Shown one piece after another: positions 9,385-19,554 of a DNA stretch of 64,000 nt. Both the position numbers and the translations under genes were made by a program. The stretch is from Gammaproteobacteria bacterium (GTDB lineage Bacteria; Pseudomonadota; Gammaproteobacteria; SZUA-140), in assembly GCA_016218365.1 (NCBI GenBank), contig JACREF010000005.1, forward strand, positions 130 through 64,129, read 5' to 3'. Position 1 is the stretch's first letter; every line of letters begins with the position of its first letter. The notes under the pieces are model-generated. The model saw only the letters and a list, made by a program, of their open reading frames with translations, ran no database searches and was not told the DNA's origin.

Positions 9385-12300
9385 TTATCGTGACGGACTA
9401 CGAGAAACTTGAGAGGCGATGTCATCAAGTCGCCGCTGCAACCTGACCGCCGACACCGCCACCGAGGTCTTAACCCCTTGGGCAAACAGTGAAACTCGCC
9501 ATTCCTCGATCAGCCAGCGACATTCTGCCAACGCCTGGACGTCACCGTGCTGCCGCACCATGTCATCGTAACGTTGCAGGATGGGTATCAGTTCCCTCAT
9601 CCGCCGCCGATCCTGTTCCGGGTTCAGCAGGTAACGCTCCAGCCGGATCCGCGCCGCCGTCAGAAAACGCGGCAGCTGGGCCAGCCATGGCGGCGGGGTC
9701 GCGGTGACAAAACCGGGATAGACCAGCCCGTGCAGCTGGCTGGTCAGATCGGTGACCAACTCACCCCCGGCCACGGACCCCAGCCGACCGGTCACGTCGC
9801 GATAGGCCGCAAGGCACTCGCCCACCAGCGATGCATGCTGCAGCACGGCCAGGCCCCAACCCTGACGGGCGCGCATCACCGCCTGATCAAACGCCATGCG
9901 GTCTAGCGGGATCTCGCCGGCAACAAACAATACGCTGTCCAGCGCCACCGTCATCACCTCATCGAGCAATACCTGGCAATCGCCAACAGTACTGTAGAGC
10001 ATGCACAATCGGGCCGCATCAGGGATGCTGCGGCGCAGGTTCTTGGACAGTGCCGGCTGATCGAGCAAGAACAAACGGCGCACCCCGGCCCGGGTCGAGT
10101 GTTGCGCGGCCAGCGGGTCGGCGAGCAACTTCAGATCCACGCTGTCACCGCGATCGATCAGCGCCGGATAGGCCTTGATCGTGAAGGCGCCCTGCACGAT
10201 CCGGGTCACGGCCGGCAGTTCGGCAAAATCCCAGCGGCGCAGCCCGCTGCGCTCGATGGCCCCGCCCGGCAGCGTCTGCGCCGCTGGCGCACCCTGGGCC
10301 AAGGCCCGCTGCAGCTCCACCAGGTCATGTCCTGACTTGATGACATTGCCGGCGGCATCGATGATGGCAAACTTGCTGCGCAGATATTCCGGCAGATCAT
10401 CCAGCGCAAATTGGCTACGCCGGATGGGCTGTCCGGTGTGGCGGGACAGCCAGGCGGCCAGCACATCATGCAGATTGCCGTCACCATAGCGGACCTCGGC
10501 CATGAAGCGCCGGGCACACTCCGGCAACGGTTGCAGCTGTTTGCGCACCGCCTTGGGCAAGGAACGCAGCAGACACAGCACCGTCTCCGCCAGCAGGCCG
10601 GGCACCGGCCACGACAACACATCACTGGACAACTGCGGCAGTATCGGCAACGGCACGGTGACCGTCACCCCATCCTGTTCACTGCCCGGCTCGAAGCGAT
10701 AGTGCAACGGCAGCTGGTAATCCGGCAACGTCAGCTGCGCCGGGAACTCCGTGACCAGCTGTTCGATGGCCGGGTCGCGCAGCAACTGGCTGCGCTGCAG
10801 ATACAATACTGCCTGTGCATGCTCACCGCCGCGGCGCAGCCAGTCCTCAAGGCTGCGCTGATCGCAGACCTGCGCTGGCAGCTGGGCGGCGAAATGGTCC
10901 TCGATCTGTCGCTCATCGATCATCAGATCGCTGCGCCGCAGCCGCTGCTGCAGCTCATCAATCTCGGCCAGCACGGCCCGATTGTGGCCGACAAACCCGG
11001 CGGTGCTGTCGAGGTCGCAGGCCACCAGTGCATCCTGGATGAAGATCTGGCGTGCCGCCACCGGATCGATGCGTGAATAATTGACCGAACGCTTGGCCAC
11101 CACCGTCAGGCCATACAGGCTGACCTTTTCATAGGCCACGACATGACCGCGCGGCCGGCTCCAGTGCGGGGCCGAATAACTGCGGCGCAGGATATGTGGT
11201 ACCGTCTGTTCCAGCCAGCCAATATCGATCGCCGCCACGGTGCGGGCAAAGATCCGGCTGGTCTCGACGATCTCGGCCGCGACGATCGCCTTCGGCGGTT
11301 TGGCCGCCAGACCGGAGCCCGGAAAGATCGCCAGCTTCGCCCCGCGCGCGCCCTCATATTGACCGCTGTCATCACGCAGTGCCACATGGGATGGCAGGCC
11401 GGCCAGCAGTGACTTGTGGATCTCGTGGTACTGGGCATCGACCTGGTTAACCCGGACACCACGCTCCTTCAGCAAGGCATAGATCTGCTGGTGCAGGTCG
11501 CGCCATTCCTTCATCCGCATATAGTTCAGGTAATGCTGCCGGCAATATTTACGCAGCTTGTGCTGTGACAGCGTGTGATAGAGCTCATCAAAGCTGCCCC
11601 ACAGTTTCAGATAGCTGAGGAAATCAGAACGCTCATCGGCGTACTGGCGATGTTTTTCGTCGGCCTGCCGGGCCTGATCGCCCGGGCGCTCACGCGGGTC
11701 CTGCACCGCCAGCGCGGCGACGATGACCGTCAGTTCCTTCAGGCAGTGCTGCCGCCCCGCCTCGATCAACATCCGGGCCAGCCGGACATCCAGCGGGTAA
11801 CGCGCCAGATCACGGCCCAGCGGCAGCAGCGTGCGTTGCTCATCGACCGCACCAAGCTCATGCAACAATCGATACCCGTCACTGATGTAGCGGTTGTCCG
11901 GCGGATCGAGGAACGGAAAGTTCTCGATCTCGCCCAGCCCCAGCACCCGCATCTGCAGGATGACATTCGACAGGTTGCTGCGCTGGATCTCGGGCAAGGT
12001 AAACGGCGGCCGATTGGCGAAGTCCTCCGCGTCATAGAGGCGGATACACACCCCGGGGGCGATGCGTCCGCAGCGCCCGGCGCGCTGATTGGCCGAGGCC
12101 TGCGAGATCTTCTCGACCGGCAGGCGCTGAATCTTGCTGCGATAGCTGTACTGGCTGATACGTGCCAGGCCCTGATCGACGACATAATGAATGCCAGGCA
12201 CCGTCAACGAGGTCTCGGCGACATTGGTCGCCAGTATGATGCGCCGCCCGGCATGGGCGGCAAACACCTGCTGCTGCTCGGCGACGCTGAGCCGGGCATA

Positions 12301-13281
12301 CAGCGGCAGGATCTGGCAGTGCTCGGGATGATAGTGGCGCAACACCTTGGCGGCCTCGCGGATCTCGCGCTCGCCACTCAAAAATACCAGGATATCGCCG
12401 GGACCGTGACGCGACAGCTCAGCGACGGCATCGACGATCCCCTGCAGCTCATCGCGCCCCTGTTCAGCATCGTCGACCTGCAACGGCCGGTAGCGGATCT
12501 CGACCGGAAAGGCACGACCCGAGACCTCGATCACCGGTGCCTGATCGAAATGACTGGCGAAACGTTCGACATCGATGGTGGCGCTGGTGATGATCAGCTT
12601 CAGGTCCGGGCGACGCGGCAATAGCTGGCGCAGATAGCCGAGCAGAAAATCGATGTTCAGACTGCGCTCATGGGCCTCATCGATGATCAGCGTGTCGTAG
12701 TGGGTCAGCAAGCGGTCAGATTGCAGTTCGGCCAGCAACACGCCATCGGTCATCAGTTTGATGTAGCTGTCCTTGTGGGTCTGGTCACTGAAGCGGACCT
12801 TGTAGCCAACGGCACGCCCGAACGGCAGCTTCAGTTCGTCGGCGATGCGCTGTGCCACGTTGCGGGCGGCGATGCGCCGCGGCTGGGTGTGACCGATCAT
12901 GCCCTCGACACCACGCCCCAGCTCCAGGCAGATCTTGGCCAGCTGCGTGGTCTTGCCTGAACCGGTCTCGCCGCAGATCACGACGACCTGATGGCCGGCG
13001 ATCGCCGCGCTGATCTGCTGGCGCTGCTGTACTACCGGCAGATCGGCAGGGTATTCCGGCCGCGGCAGCCCGGCCAGGCGCTGGGCACGCTGCTGCTGCG
13101 AGGCCTGGATCTCATGTTCGATCCGGGCCAACGCCCGCTCCAGCGGCTGCTGGCGCTGCAGCCGCTGCCGCAACTCGGCGATCCGCGGCAGCAACAGATA
13201 GCGCTCCCTGAGCATGCAGCCCGGCAGGGTGTCCTGCAGCCGGGCAATACGCTCGGCATTCGTCACCGGTTCTCCCATCAC
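9385..13281 (-). CDS. hrpA: ATP-dependent RNA helicase HrpA
   Basis: GETGSGKTTQ, DEAHERS, SAT, QRAGRCGR; 1298 aa with the typical C-terminal EEWRVSLFAQ. Confidence 0.95.
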   Translation of the reverse strand: MMGEPVTNAERIARLQDTLPGCMLRERYLLLPRIAELRQRLQRQQPLERALARIEHEIQASQQQRAQRLAGLPRPEYPADLPVVQQRQQISAAIAGHQVVVICGETGSGKTTQLAKICLELGRGVEGMIGHTQPRRIAARNVAQRIADELKLPFGRAVGYKVRFSDQTHKDSYIKLMTDGVLLAELQSDRLLTHYDTLIIDEAHERSLNIDFLLGYLRQLLPRRPDLKLIITSATIDVERFASHFDQAPVIEVSGRAFPVEIRYRPLQVDDAEQGRDELQGIVDAVAELSRHGPGDILVFLSGEREIREAAKVLRHYHPEHCQILPLYARLSVAEQQQVFAAHAGRRIILATNVAETSLTVPGIHYVVDQGLARISQYSYRSKIQRLPVEKISQASANQRAGRCGRIAPGVCIRLYDAEDFANRPPFTLPEIQRSNLSNVILQMRVLGLGEIENFPFLDPPDNRYISDGYRLLHELGAVDEQRTLLPLGRDLARYPLDVRLARMLIEAGRQHCLKELTVIVAALAVQDPRERPGDQARQADEKHRQYADERSDFLSYLKLWGSFDELYHTLSQHKLRKYCRQHYLNYMRMKEWRDLHQQIYALLKERGVRVNQVDAQYHEIHKSLLAGLPSHVALRDDSGQYEGARGAKLAIFPGSGLAAKPPKAIVAAEIVETSRIFARTVAAIDIGWLEQTVPHILRRSYSAPHWSRPRGHVVAYEKVSLYGLTVVAKRSVNYSRIDPVAARQIFIQDALVACDLDSTAGFVGHNRAVLAEIDELQQRLRRSDLMIDERQIEDHFAAQLPAQVCDQRSLEDWLRRGGEHAQAVLYLQRSQLLRDPAIEQLVTEFPAQLTLPDYQLPLHYRFEPGSEQDGVTVTVPLPILPQLSSDVLSWPVPGLLAETVLCLLRSLPKAVRKQLQPLPECARRFMAEVRYGDGNLHDVLAAWLSRHTGQPIRRSQFALDDLPEYLRSKFAIIDAAGNVIKSGHDLVELQRALAQGAPAAQTLPGGAIERSGLRRWDFAELPAVTRIVQGAFTIKAYPALIDRGDSVDLKLLADPLAAQHSTRAGVRRLFLLDQPALSKNLRRSIPDAARLCMLYSTVGDCQVLLDEVMTVALDSVLFVAGEIPLDRMAFDQAVMRARQGWGLAVLQHASLVGECLAAYRDVTGRLGSVAGGELVTDLTSQLHGLVYPGFVTATPPPWLAQLPRFLTAARIRLERYLLNPEQDRRRMRELIPILQRYDDMVRQHGDVQALAECRWLIEEWRVSLFAQGVKTSVAVSAVRLQRRLDDIASQVSRSPSR

Positions 13282-14535
13282 TCAATGCCCGGCTGTGACA
13301 CGCGCCACCATGTCATCAAGGGTTGTCCGAACATCCTGGCCGCGACGGGCCGCGGCAAAGGCCTGCCGCAACGCCAGCGCCAGTTGTGGATACTGTGCCC
13401 CGCGCCGCCAATCGATCACCGTGCTCTGCGCCAGCCGCTGCAACCGCTGCAGATTCGGATCACTGGCCATCAGCTGTGAACTGGACACTGCGCTGCGGGT
13501 GACCGGCAACGTACCGCTGCTGTCGGTGATGCGCAGCATCTCGGCAGGCTGCAGCAGGAATTCGATGAAGCGGATCGCGGCCCGCGGATCCTTGCAGCGC
13601 GTGGACAGCGCCCAACCCCAGTTGTCATGGACGCTGCGTATGCCATGGCCGAAATCCGGCAACGGCAGCACCAATAGATCATCAGCAGCGGCGGCCCGGT
13701 AACGCAGATAATGCGATTGATCAGCTATCGAGACCGCCACCCGCCCGTTGACAAACGCAAGGTCATCCCCGTTGCCATCGACACTGCCCTGCCGCAGCCA
13801 ATGCTGCAGCTGCGTCAACACCCGCACTGCACCCTCGTCATTCAGCGCCCCGCGGCTGTGATCGGCCAGCGCGTCGGCATTGATGTCGACACCGGCCGAT
13901 TGCAGCAGCGGCATCAACAGCGAACTGATCCAGTCATCACTCCGGTTTAACTGCAGATCGAGCACCGCATGATCGGCATCGTGTTCCGCCAGCCGCGCCA
14001 GCACCCGCGAGAATTCAGCCGCGCTCCAGCCCTGCCCCGCCGCCGGTATCATCACCCCGGCCGCCTGCAGCTGACTGCGCCGCACATACATCGCGATCAC
14101 CGCATCATCGCTGGCCACCTGATACAGATGCCCCTGGGACATGCCTTGCTGCATCACCTCCGGCAACAGATCCACCTGGGTCCCCTCGGTCAGCTGCTTG
14201 TCGAGTCTCAACAAGCGCTCGCCGGAGATGGCGCGGGAAAACAATGCGGCATCGACCTCCAGGATATCCGGCAAGCGGCCATCTGCCAGCGCGGCATTGA
14301 CCTGGGCATGATAATTACCGGCCGGCAACACCACAACGTTGATACGCTGGCGGCGCTGGCTGGCATTAAAGCGGGCGACCTGTCCCTGCAGCGTCTGCAG
14401 TCTGGCAGCGCTGCCGCCGTGCATCCACACCTCCAGTTCGGTGACAGCATGTGGCGCCTGCCGGTCCTCGTCACAGGCGACCAACAGACCGAAGGTGATG
14501 ACCAGCAACGGCCACAGGCAATACATTCTGTTCAT
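13282..14535 (-). CDS. Extracellular solute-binding lipoprotein (sugar-binding family 1-like)
   Basis: Lipobox-like LLVAC after ATG 14535; LPDILEVD and FVNGRVAVSI motifs. Confidence 0.8.
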   Translation of the reverse strand: MNRMYCLWPLLVITFGLLVACDEDRQAPHAVTELEVWMHGGSAARLQTLQGQVARFNASQRRQRINVVVLPAGNYHAQVNAALADGRLPDILEVDAALFSRAISGERLLRLDKQLTEGTQVDLLPEVMQQGMSQGHLYQVASDDAVIAMYVRRSQLQAAGVMIPAAGQGWSAAEFSRVLARLAEHDADHAVLDLQLNRSDDWISSLLMPLLQSAGVDINADALADHSRGALNDEGAVRVLTQLQHWLRQGSVDGNGDDLAFVNGRVAVSIADQSHYLRYRAAAADDLLVLPLPDFGHGIRSVHDNWGWALSTRCKDPRAAIRFIEFLLQPAEMLRITDSSGTLPVTRSAVSSSQLMASDPNLQRLQRLAQSTVIDWRRGAQYPQLALALRQAFAAARRGQDVRTTLDDMVARVTAGH

Positions 14536-14642
14536 CGACCATCCAGTTGTCAGCAACGGCGCATATCCAGCGCAGTGCTGTTGTTTTATACTCATTGCAT
14601 AGGTTATACATTTTTCCCCGCCACCAGAAGCAGGTCCGTCCG

Positions 14643-15503
14643 ATGAATCAGCTCGATGCCGCACAGATCAAGCAGGGACAGCAGCGCGACTGGAACAGTG
14701 TGGCCGGCGGCTGGGAACGCTGGTGGCCGGCGCTGGAGGCGGGTGCCGCCCATGTCAGTCAGCGGCTGCTCGACGCGGCCGCGGTGCGCAGCGGCGGCCG
14801 GGTCCTCGATGTCGCCACCGGCATCGGAGAACCGGCGCTCTCTGCCGCGCGGCGGGTAGGCGACACCGGACATGTGCTGGCTATCGATCAGGCGGCTGAC
14901 ATGCTGGCCATCGCCCGCCGCCGCGCCGCGACGGCCGGCGTCACCAACGTGGAATTTCTGCACAGTGACGGTGAAGGACTGCCGCCAGGGCTGCCACCCT
15001 TCGATGCCATCGTCTGCCGCTGGGGCCTGATGTTCTTCCCCGATCCGGGACAGGCGCTGCGCTCACTGCACCCGCTGCTGTTGCCGGGCGGCCGGATCGC
15101 CGCCACGGTTTGGTCGACAGCCGATCGCGTGCCATCGATCAGCCTGCCGCTGCAGATCGTCTCGGCGGTACTGGACCTGCCACCGCCACCACCGGGCCGG
15201 CCGAATCCATTCAGCCTGGCGGATCACGGCCTTCTCCACACGCTGTTTGCTGACGCCGGCTTCACTGACATCATTATTGATACCCTGCCGGTGACCTTCA
15301 CCATGCCATCGGCCGCGGACTATACCCGGTTTACACTGGATATCTCGGCACCGCTGGTCGCACTGCTGGCCGGTTATGACGAGACCCGACGCCAGCAGGC
15401 CATCGCTGCGATCACCGCCCGCATCGCCGGGCTCGCCGCGGCCGATGGCGCGATCAGACTGCAGAGTGAAGCCATCCTCATCAGTGCGATGCGCCCTATC
15501 TGA
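14643..15503 (+). CDS. Class I SAM-dependent methyltransferase (UbiE-like fold)
   Basis: VLDVATGIGEP, FDAIVCRWGLMFFPD, LLPGGR. Confidence 0.88.
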   Translation: MNQLDAAQIKQGQQRDWNSVAGGWERWWPALEAGAAHVSQRLLDAAAVRSGGRVLDVATGIGEPALSAARRVGDTGHVLAIDQAADMLAIARRRAATAGVTNVEFLHSDGEGLPPGLPPFDAIVCRWGLMFFPDPGQALRSLHPLLLPGGRIAATVWSTADRVPSISLPLQIVSAVLDLPPPPPGRPNPFSLADHGLLHTLFADAGFTDIIIDTLPVTFTMPSAADYTRFTLDISAPLVALLAGYDETRRQQAIAAITARIAGLAAADGAIRLQSEAILISAMRPI

Positions 15504-15523
15504 GCAGCTACACCCGGCGGCCA

Positions 15524-17416
15524 TTACCGGGCCTGGGCCGCGGTCAACAGATTCACGATCTCCTTGTAACCATTGCGCGTGGCCACGGCGAGCGCACTGT
15601 CGCCATGGGCCGCGCCCAGCCCGACATCGGCACCATGGGCCAGCAGGCGCCGCACCACCTCGGCATGGCCACCACGCGCGGCATGGATCAAGGCCGTCCG
15701 GCCTCCTTCATTGTTCGCCTGTCCATAGGGGCGGCTCTGACCATCGATGGCATTGACATCGGCGCCGCGCTGCAGCAACAGTTCGACGACGGTATCGTGA
15801 CCATTCATTGCCGCCAGCATCAACGGTGTCCGGCCCTCATTGTCCCGGCTGTCCACCACGCTGTCCTGGTCCAGCAATGCCGTCACCGCATCCAGATTAC
15901 CGTTGGCCGCAGACCAGGACAACGCGACCCGGCCCTGCGGATCGCGCAGGCCGGCATGGGCGCCACGCTGCAGTAACACCCGTACCGTACCCGCGTTGTT
16001 ATTCATCGCGGCCTCGATCAGCAAGGTGCGGGACTGCTCCTGGCGCAATATGCTGGCGATAAAGAAATCATTGTATTCAGTGGCGATCGGCAGATCGGGA
16101 TCGAGACCATGATCAAGCAGCAGTGTCATGATCTCGCTGTGGCCCAGCCGCGCCGCCAGCAGGCCCGGTGTCTCGGCCTGGCGATTCGGCAGATTGACGT
16201 CGGCACCATGGGTCAGCAGCAGATCGACCACGGCGCTGTGGCCATTGCGCACCGCCGTCAGCAGCGGTGTATCACCACGTCCGGCCTCACGCTGCAGCAC
16301 CTTGCTGCGCTCCGGCAAGGCCGCGTTCGCCAGCCGCTGTTCCGAGACCCCGCGGCCGGCACGGTTGACGCCGGCCCCTTCCTTGATCAGCATCCCGGCG
16401 ATCGTCAGATAACCCCTGGTGGCCGCCATCAGCAAGGCCGACACCCCCTGTTCCATCGCATCGGGATCGACATGGTTGTTCTGGCGGTTAGCCAGCAACT
16501 CCTGCACCTTCGGCTGGTCATTAAATTCGACGGCGCGCAGCAAGGCCTGGTTATTGTCCAGGCCGGCATAACGCCGGCCATCCCGCGCCCCGGCCTGATC
16601 GAGCACGGCTGCGATATCCAGATAACCGCGATCACGTGCCAGCGACAAGGCCGTGTCGCCGTTGGCCCGCTCCACATTGGGATCGGCACCCGCCGCCAGC
16701 AGCGCACGCACCATCGGCAGCCACTGCGCCCCGTCCTCACCCTGCACACCGTGCTGGGCGGCAAACATCAGCGGGGTAAAGCCGCGATATTCCTGACGGC
16801 CGGTGCGCAACGACAGATTGGGGTTGGCACCACGTTCCAGCAATTTGCTGACGATCGCCAGCTGGCCATATTTGACCGCGTAAAACAACGCATGTTCACC
16901 ATCGGCATTCCTGACATTGACGTCGGCCTTCGCCTCAAGCAGCGCATCGGCAATCGCGGCATCGCCGCGGGTGCTGACCACCATCAGTGCGGTCGTGCCA
17001 TCACGTGACTGGGCATTGACGTTGGCCCGGTGCTGCAACAGATCGCGAACGATGGCACGGTGACCGGCCCCGACCGCGGCCAGCAAGGCCGTATTGCCCA
17101 GCGCATCGCGGCCCTCGGTATCAACCTGCTGTTCAAGCAACTGATGGACCATCTCCTGCTGACCATACCGGGCGGCCATCACGAGCCGGGTGTCGCCCGC
17201 ACCATCCTCTTTCTGGGCGCTGTCTCTGCCCGATATGGCATTAGCCGGTGCGGCCCGCGCCGGTAGCTCCTCCACCTTGCCGGCGCGGAGCGCCTCGCGT
17301 TTGGCCAGGGCCTCGGACTTGATCCGCTCGGCAACACGGTTGTCCACGGTGCTGCAGCCAGCCAGTGCCACGAGCACCAGCAGCACGATACAACGCAGTG
17401 GCAGGCGGCAGGTCAT
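15524..17416 (-). CDS. Ankyrin-repeat lipoprotein
   Basis: Lipobox LAGC; more than a dozen G-x-T-[PA]-L-x-x-A ... LL-x-x-GA-[DN]-VN repeats. Confidence 0.92.
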   Translation of the reverse strand: MTCRLPLRCIVLLVLVALAGCSTVDNRVAERIKSEALAKREALRAGKVEELPARAAPANAISGRDSAQKEDGAGDTRLVMAARYGQQEMVHQLLEQQVDTEGRDALGNTALLAAVGAGHRAIVRDLLQHRANVNAQSRDGTTALMVVSTRGDAAIADALLEAKADVNVRNADGEHALFYAVKYGQLAIVSKLLERGANPNLSLRTGRQEYRGFTPLMFAAQHGVQGEDGAQWLPMVRALLAAGADPNVERANGDTALSLARDRGYLDIAAVLDQAGARDGRRYAGLDNNQALLRAVEFNDQPKVQELLANRQNNHVDPDAMEQGVSALLMAATRGYLTIAGMLIKEGAGVNRAGRGVSEQRLANAALPERSKVLQREAGRGDTPLLTAVRNGHSAVVDLLLTHGADVNLPNRQAETPGLLAARLGHSEIMTLLLDHGLDPDLPIATEYNDFFIASILRQEQSRTLLIEAAMNNNAGTVRVLLQRGAHAGLRDPQGRVALSWSAANGNLDAVTALLDQDSVVDSRDNEGRTPLMLAAMNGHDTVVELLLQRGADVNAIDGQSRPYGQANNEGGRTALIHAARGGHAEVVRRLLAHGADVGLGAAHGDSALAVATRNGYKEIVNLLTAAQAR

Positions 17417-17422
17417 CGCGCC

Positions 17423-17743
17423 TCAGTACCTCGGCATGTCAGGATCGACACTGCACGCCCAGGCATCGACACCACCGCTCAGATTGAACACATTGGTGAA
17501 ACCCTGCTGCTCAAGAAACATTGCCACCCGCATGCTGCGCCCGCCATGGTGGCAGATCACCACCAGCTCCTGGTCGGCATCCAGTTCACTGACCCGTGAC
17601 GGCACCTCGCGCATCGGGATATTGACCGCGCCGATGATATGGCAGATCTCGAATTCAAAGGGCTCCCGGACATCGAGCAACAACGGCGGCCGGGCGGCCG
17701 CACTCAATGTCTGCTGCAACGCCGCTGGCGTCATTTCCTTCAT
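17423..17743 (-). CDS. Single-domain rhodanese / sulfurtransferase
   Basis: LLDVREPFE, active loop CHHGGRS, NLSGGVDAW. Confidence 0.92.
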   Translation of the reverse strand: MKEMTPAALQQTLSAAARPPLLLDVREPFEFEICHIIGAVNIPMREVPSRVSELDADQELVVICHHGGRSMRVAMFLEQQGFTNVFNLSGGVDAWACSVDPDMPRY

Positions 17744-17834
17744 CTCTACCCTCCACGCTACAGACCCGCTACACTAAAATGGGGTAAGCTGGCCACTAAT
17801 CAACCGCGCACCATCAACCCACGGAAGCCACACC

Positions 17835-18110
17835 ATGATCCTAAATTATCAGGAAGACCTGGTAAAGCAGGCCTTGCAGGAGATGATCAGCAGCCTGGAC
17901 CTGTCGCTCGCCATCGACAGCATCGAAGACATCAGCTGCCTGGCGCTGAACAGGTTGCCGGCACGTTACATCCGCCATCGGGTCGACAATACCTTTTATA
18001 TGACGATCGGTGAACAGCAGCGTTTGCAACAGGCCGCCCGCCGTGCGGTGCTCGAGGCCTGGCAATTCATCAATCAGCCCGGCAGCCGCAAACCTGAATC
18101 GCAGACCTGA
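17835..18110 (+). CDS. ComFB-family protein
   Basis: NYQEDLV and DISCLALNRLPARYIRH motif typical of ComFB. Confidence 0.8.
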   Translation: MILNYQEDLVKQALQEMISSLDLSLAIDSIEDISCLALNRLPARYIRHRVDNTFYMTIGEQQRLQQAARRAVLEAWQFINQPGSRKPESQT

Positions 18111-18114
18111 ACGC

Positions 18115-18777
18115 TCAGCGCTGAGCCGGCGCCAGCAGCCAGGCCGATTCCTGCAAGCGGGTCAAGCCACGTTCGCGAAAACGCGGCTGTTCCGCCAGCA
18201 CGTCGGCACAACACAACGGCATGACTGTTCGCCATGACCCATACAGCGCCGTCACCTCCTCGTCCGGCACCGCAAACGGCGGGCCCTCCATCTCGTGCTG
18301 CGGATAATTGATGGTCACCAGCAGGATCCGTGCCTGCGGCGGCAGGATCCGGCGCAGCTGTTCGACATAACGGGCACGCAGCGGCGGCGGCAGTGCAATC
18401 AGTGCTGCACGATCGAACACCGCCGTGACGCCGGCCAGGTCAGCGGCAGTCAATGAGAAGAAATCCCCGCACAGCAACTGAATGTCATCGTGCTGCCAGC
18501 AGGTGAAATGACCGTGTGACCGGCGCTGCGCCGCCAGCGCATGGTCAGTGAAGAATCCCTCGACCGCCTGCGGGCTGAGCTCAACACCCAGCACCGCATG
18601 TCCCAGCTGATACAGCCACAGCATATCGAGCGACTTGCCGCACAACGGCACAAACACCCGGCTGCCCGGGGCCAGCTGCAGCTGCGGCCAGTAGCGTTGC
18701 AGATAGGGATTGATGTCGGATTGATGAAAGCCGATCTCGCCCTTGCGCCAGCGTTCAAGCCAGAATTCCTGTTCCAT
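18115..18777 (-). CDS. tpm: Thiopurine S-methyltransferase
   Basis: FWLERW..GEIGFHQ, RVFVPLCGKSLDM, DRAALIALP, GPPFAV. Confidence 0.93.
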   Translation of the reverse strand: MEQEFWLERWRKGEIGFHQSDINPYLQRYWPQLQLAPGSRVFVPLCGKSLDMLWLYQLGHAVLGVELSPQAVEGFFTDHALAAQRRSHGHFTCWQHDDIQLLCGDFFSLTAADLAGVTAVFDRAALIALPPPLRARYVEQLRRILPPQARILLVTINYPQHEMEGPPFAVPDEEVTALYGSWRTVMPLCCADVLAEQPRFRERGLTRLQESAWLLAPAQR

Positions 18778-18792
18778 GTCAGTTCCCCTCTG

Positions 18793-19554
18793 TCAGTTCC
18801 TGAGCTTATAACCGCTGGCCAGCAACCGGATCACCCAGGCCGACAGCAGCAGCCATGACAGCGTCACGACGCCCAGGCTCAACCCCACGCTGACATCGGA
18901 CTGGCCGAAGAAGCCATAACGGAAGCCGTCAATCATATAGAAGAACGGATTGAGGTGCGACAGCCGTTGCCAGAACGGCGGCAGCGAATGCAGCGAATAG
19001 AACACACCACTCAGAAAGGTCAGCGGCACGATGACAAAGTTCTGGAAACCGGCCAGCTGGTCGAACTTCTCGGCCCACATGCCGACCAGCAGGCGGAGCG
19101 TCGCCAGCATTGCGCTGCCGAGGAAGGCGAACAACAGCAGCACCGTCACGCTGTGCAGCGGCACCGTGATGAACAGCATCGCGACCAGGTAGACACCGCA
19201 ACCGACCAGCATACCGCGCACCACCGCCGCCAGCACAAAGGCCAGATAGACCTCAAGGTGCGACAGCGGCGCCAGCAGCATGAACACGATATTGCCGGTG
19301 ACCTTGGACTGGATCAGGCTCGATGAGCTGTTGGCGAAGGCGTTCTGGATCACCGTCATCATCACCAGCCCCGGCACCAGGAACGCGGTATAACTGACGC
19401 CGGGGAAGGCCTGCACGTGCTCGTCGAGCACCTGCGAGAACACCAGCAGATACAATAAGGATGTAATCACCGGGGCCAGCAGCGTCTGCAATGCCACCTT
19501 GTAGAAGCGCAGCATCTCCTTGTAGAACAGCGTCGCAAAGCCGCGCGGGTTCAT
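18793..19554 (-). CDS. ABC-2 type transporter permease (YadH-like)
   Basis: Six TM helices, FLSGVFY, NPFFYMIDGFRYGF; start overlaps the ATPase stop (TAATG). Confidence 0.9.
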   Translation of the reverse strand: MNPRGFATLFYKEMLRFYKVALQTLLAPVITSLLYLLVFSQVLDEHVQAFPGVSYTAFLVPGLVMMTVIQNAFANSSSSLIQSKVTGNIVFMLLAPLSHLEVYLAFVLAAVVRGMLVGCGVYLVAMLFITVPLHSVTVLLLFAFLGSAMLATLRLLVGMWAEKFDQLAGFQNFVIVPLTFLSGVFYSLHSLPPFWQRLSHLNPFFYMIDGFRYGFFGQSDVSVGLSLGVVTLSWLLLSAWVIRLLASGYKLRN

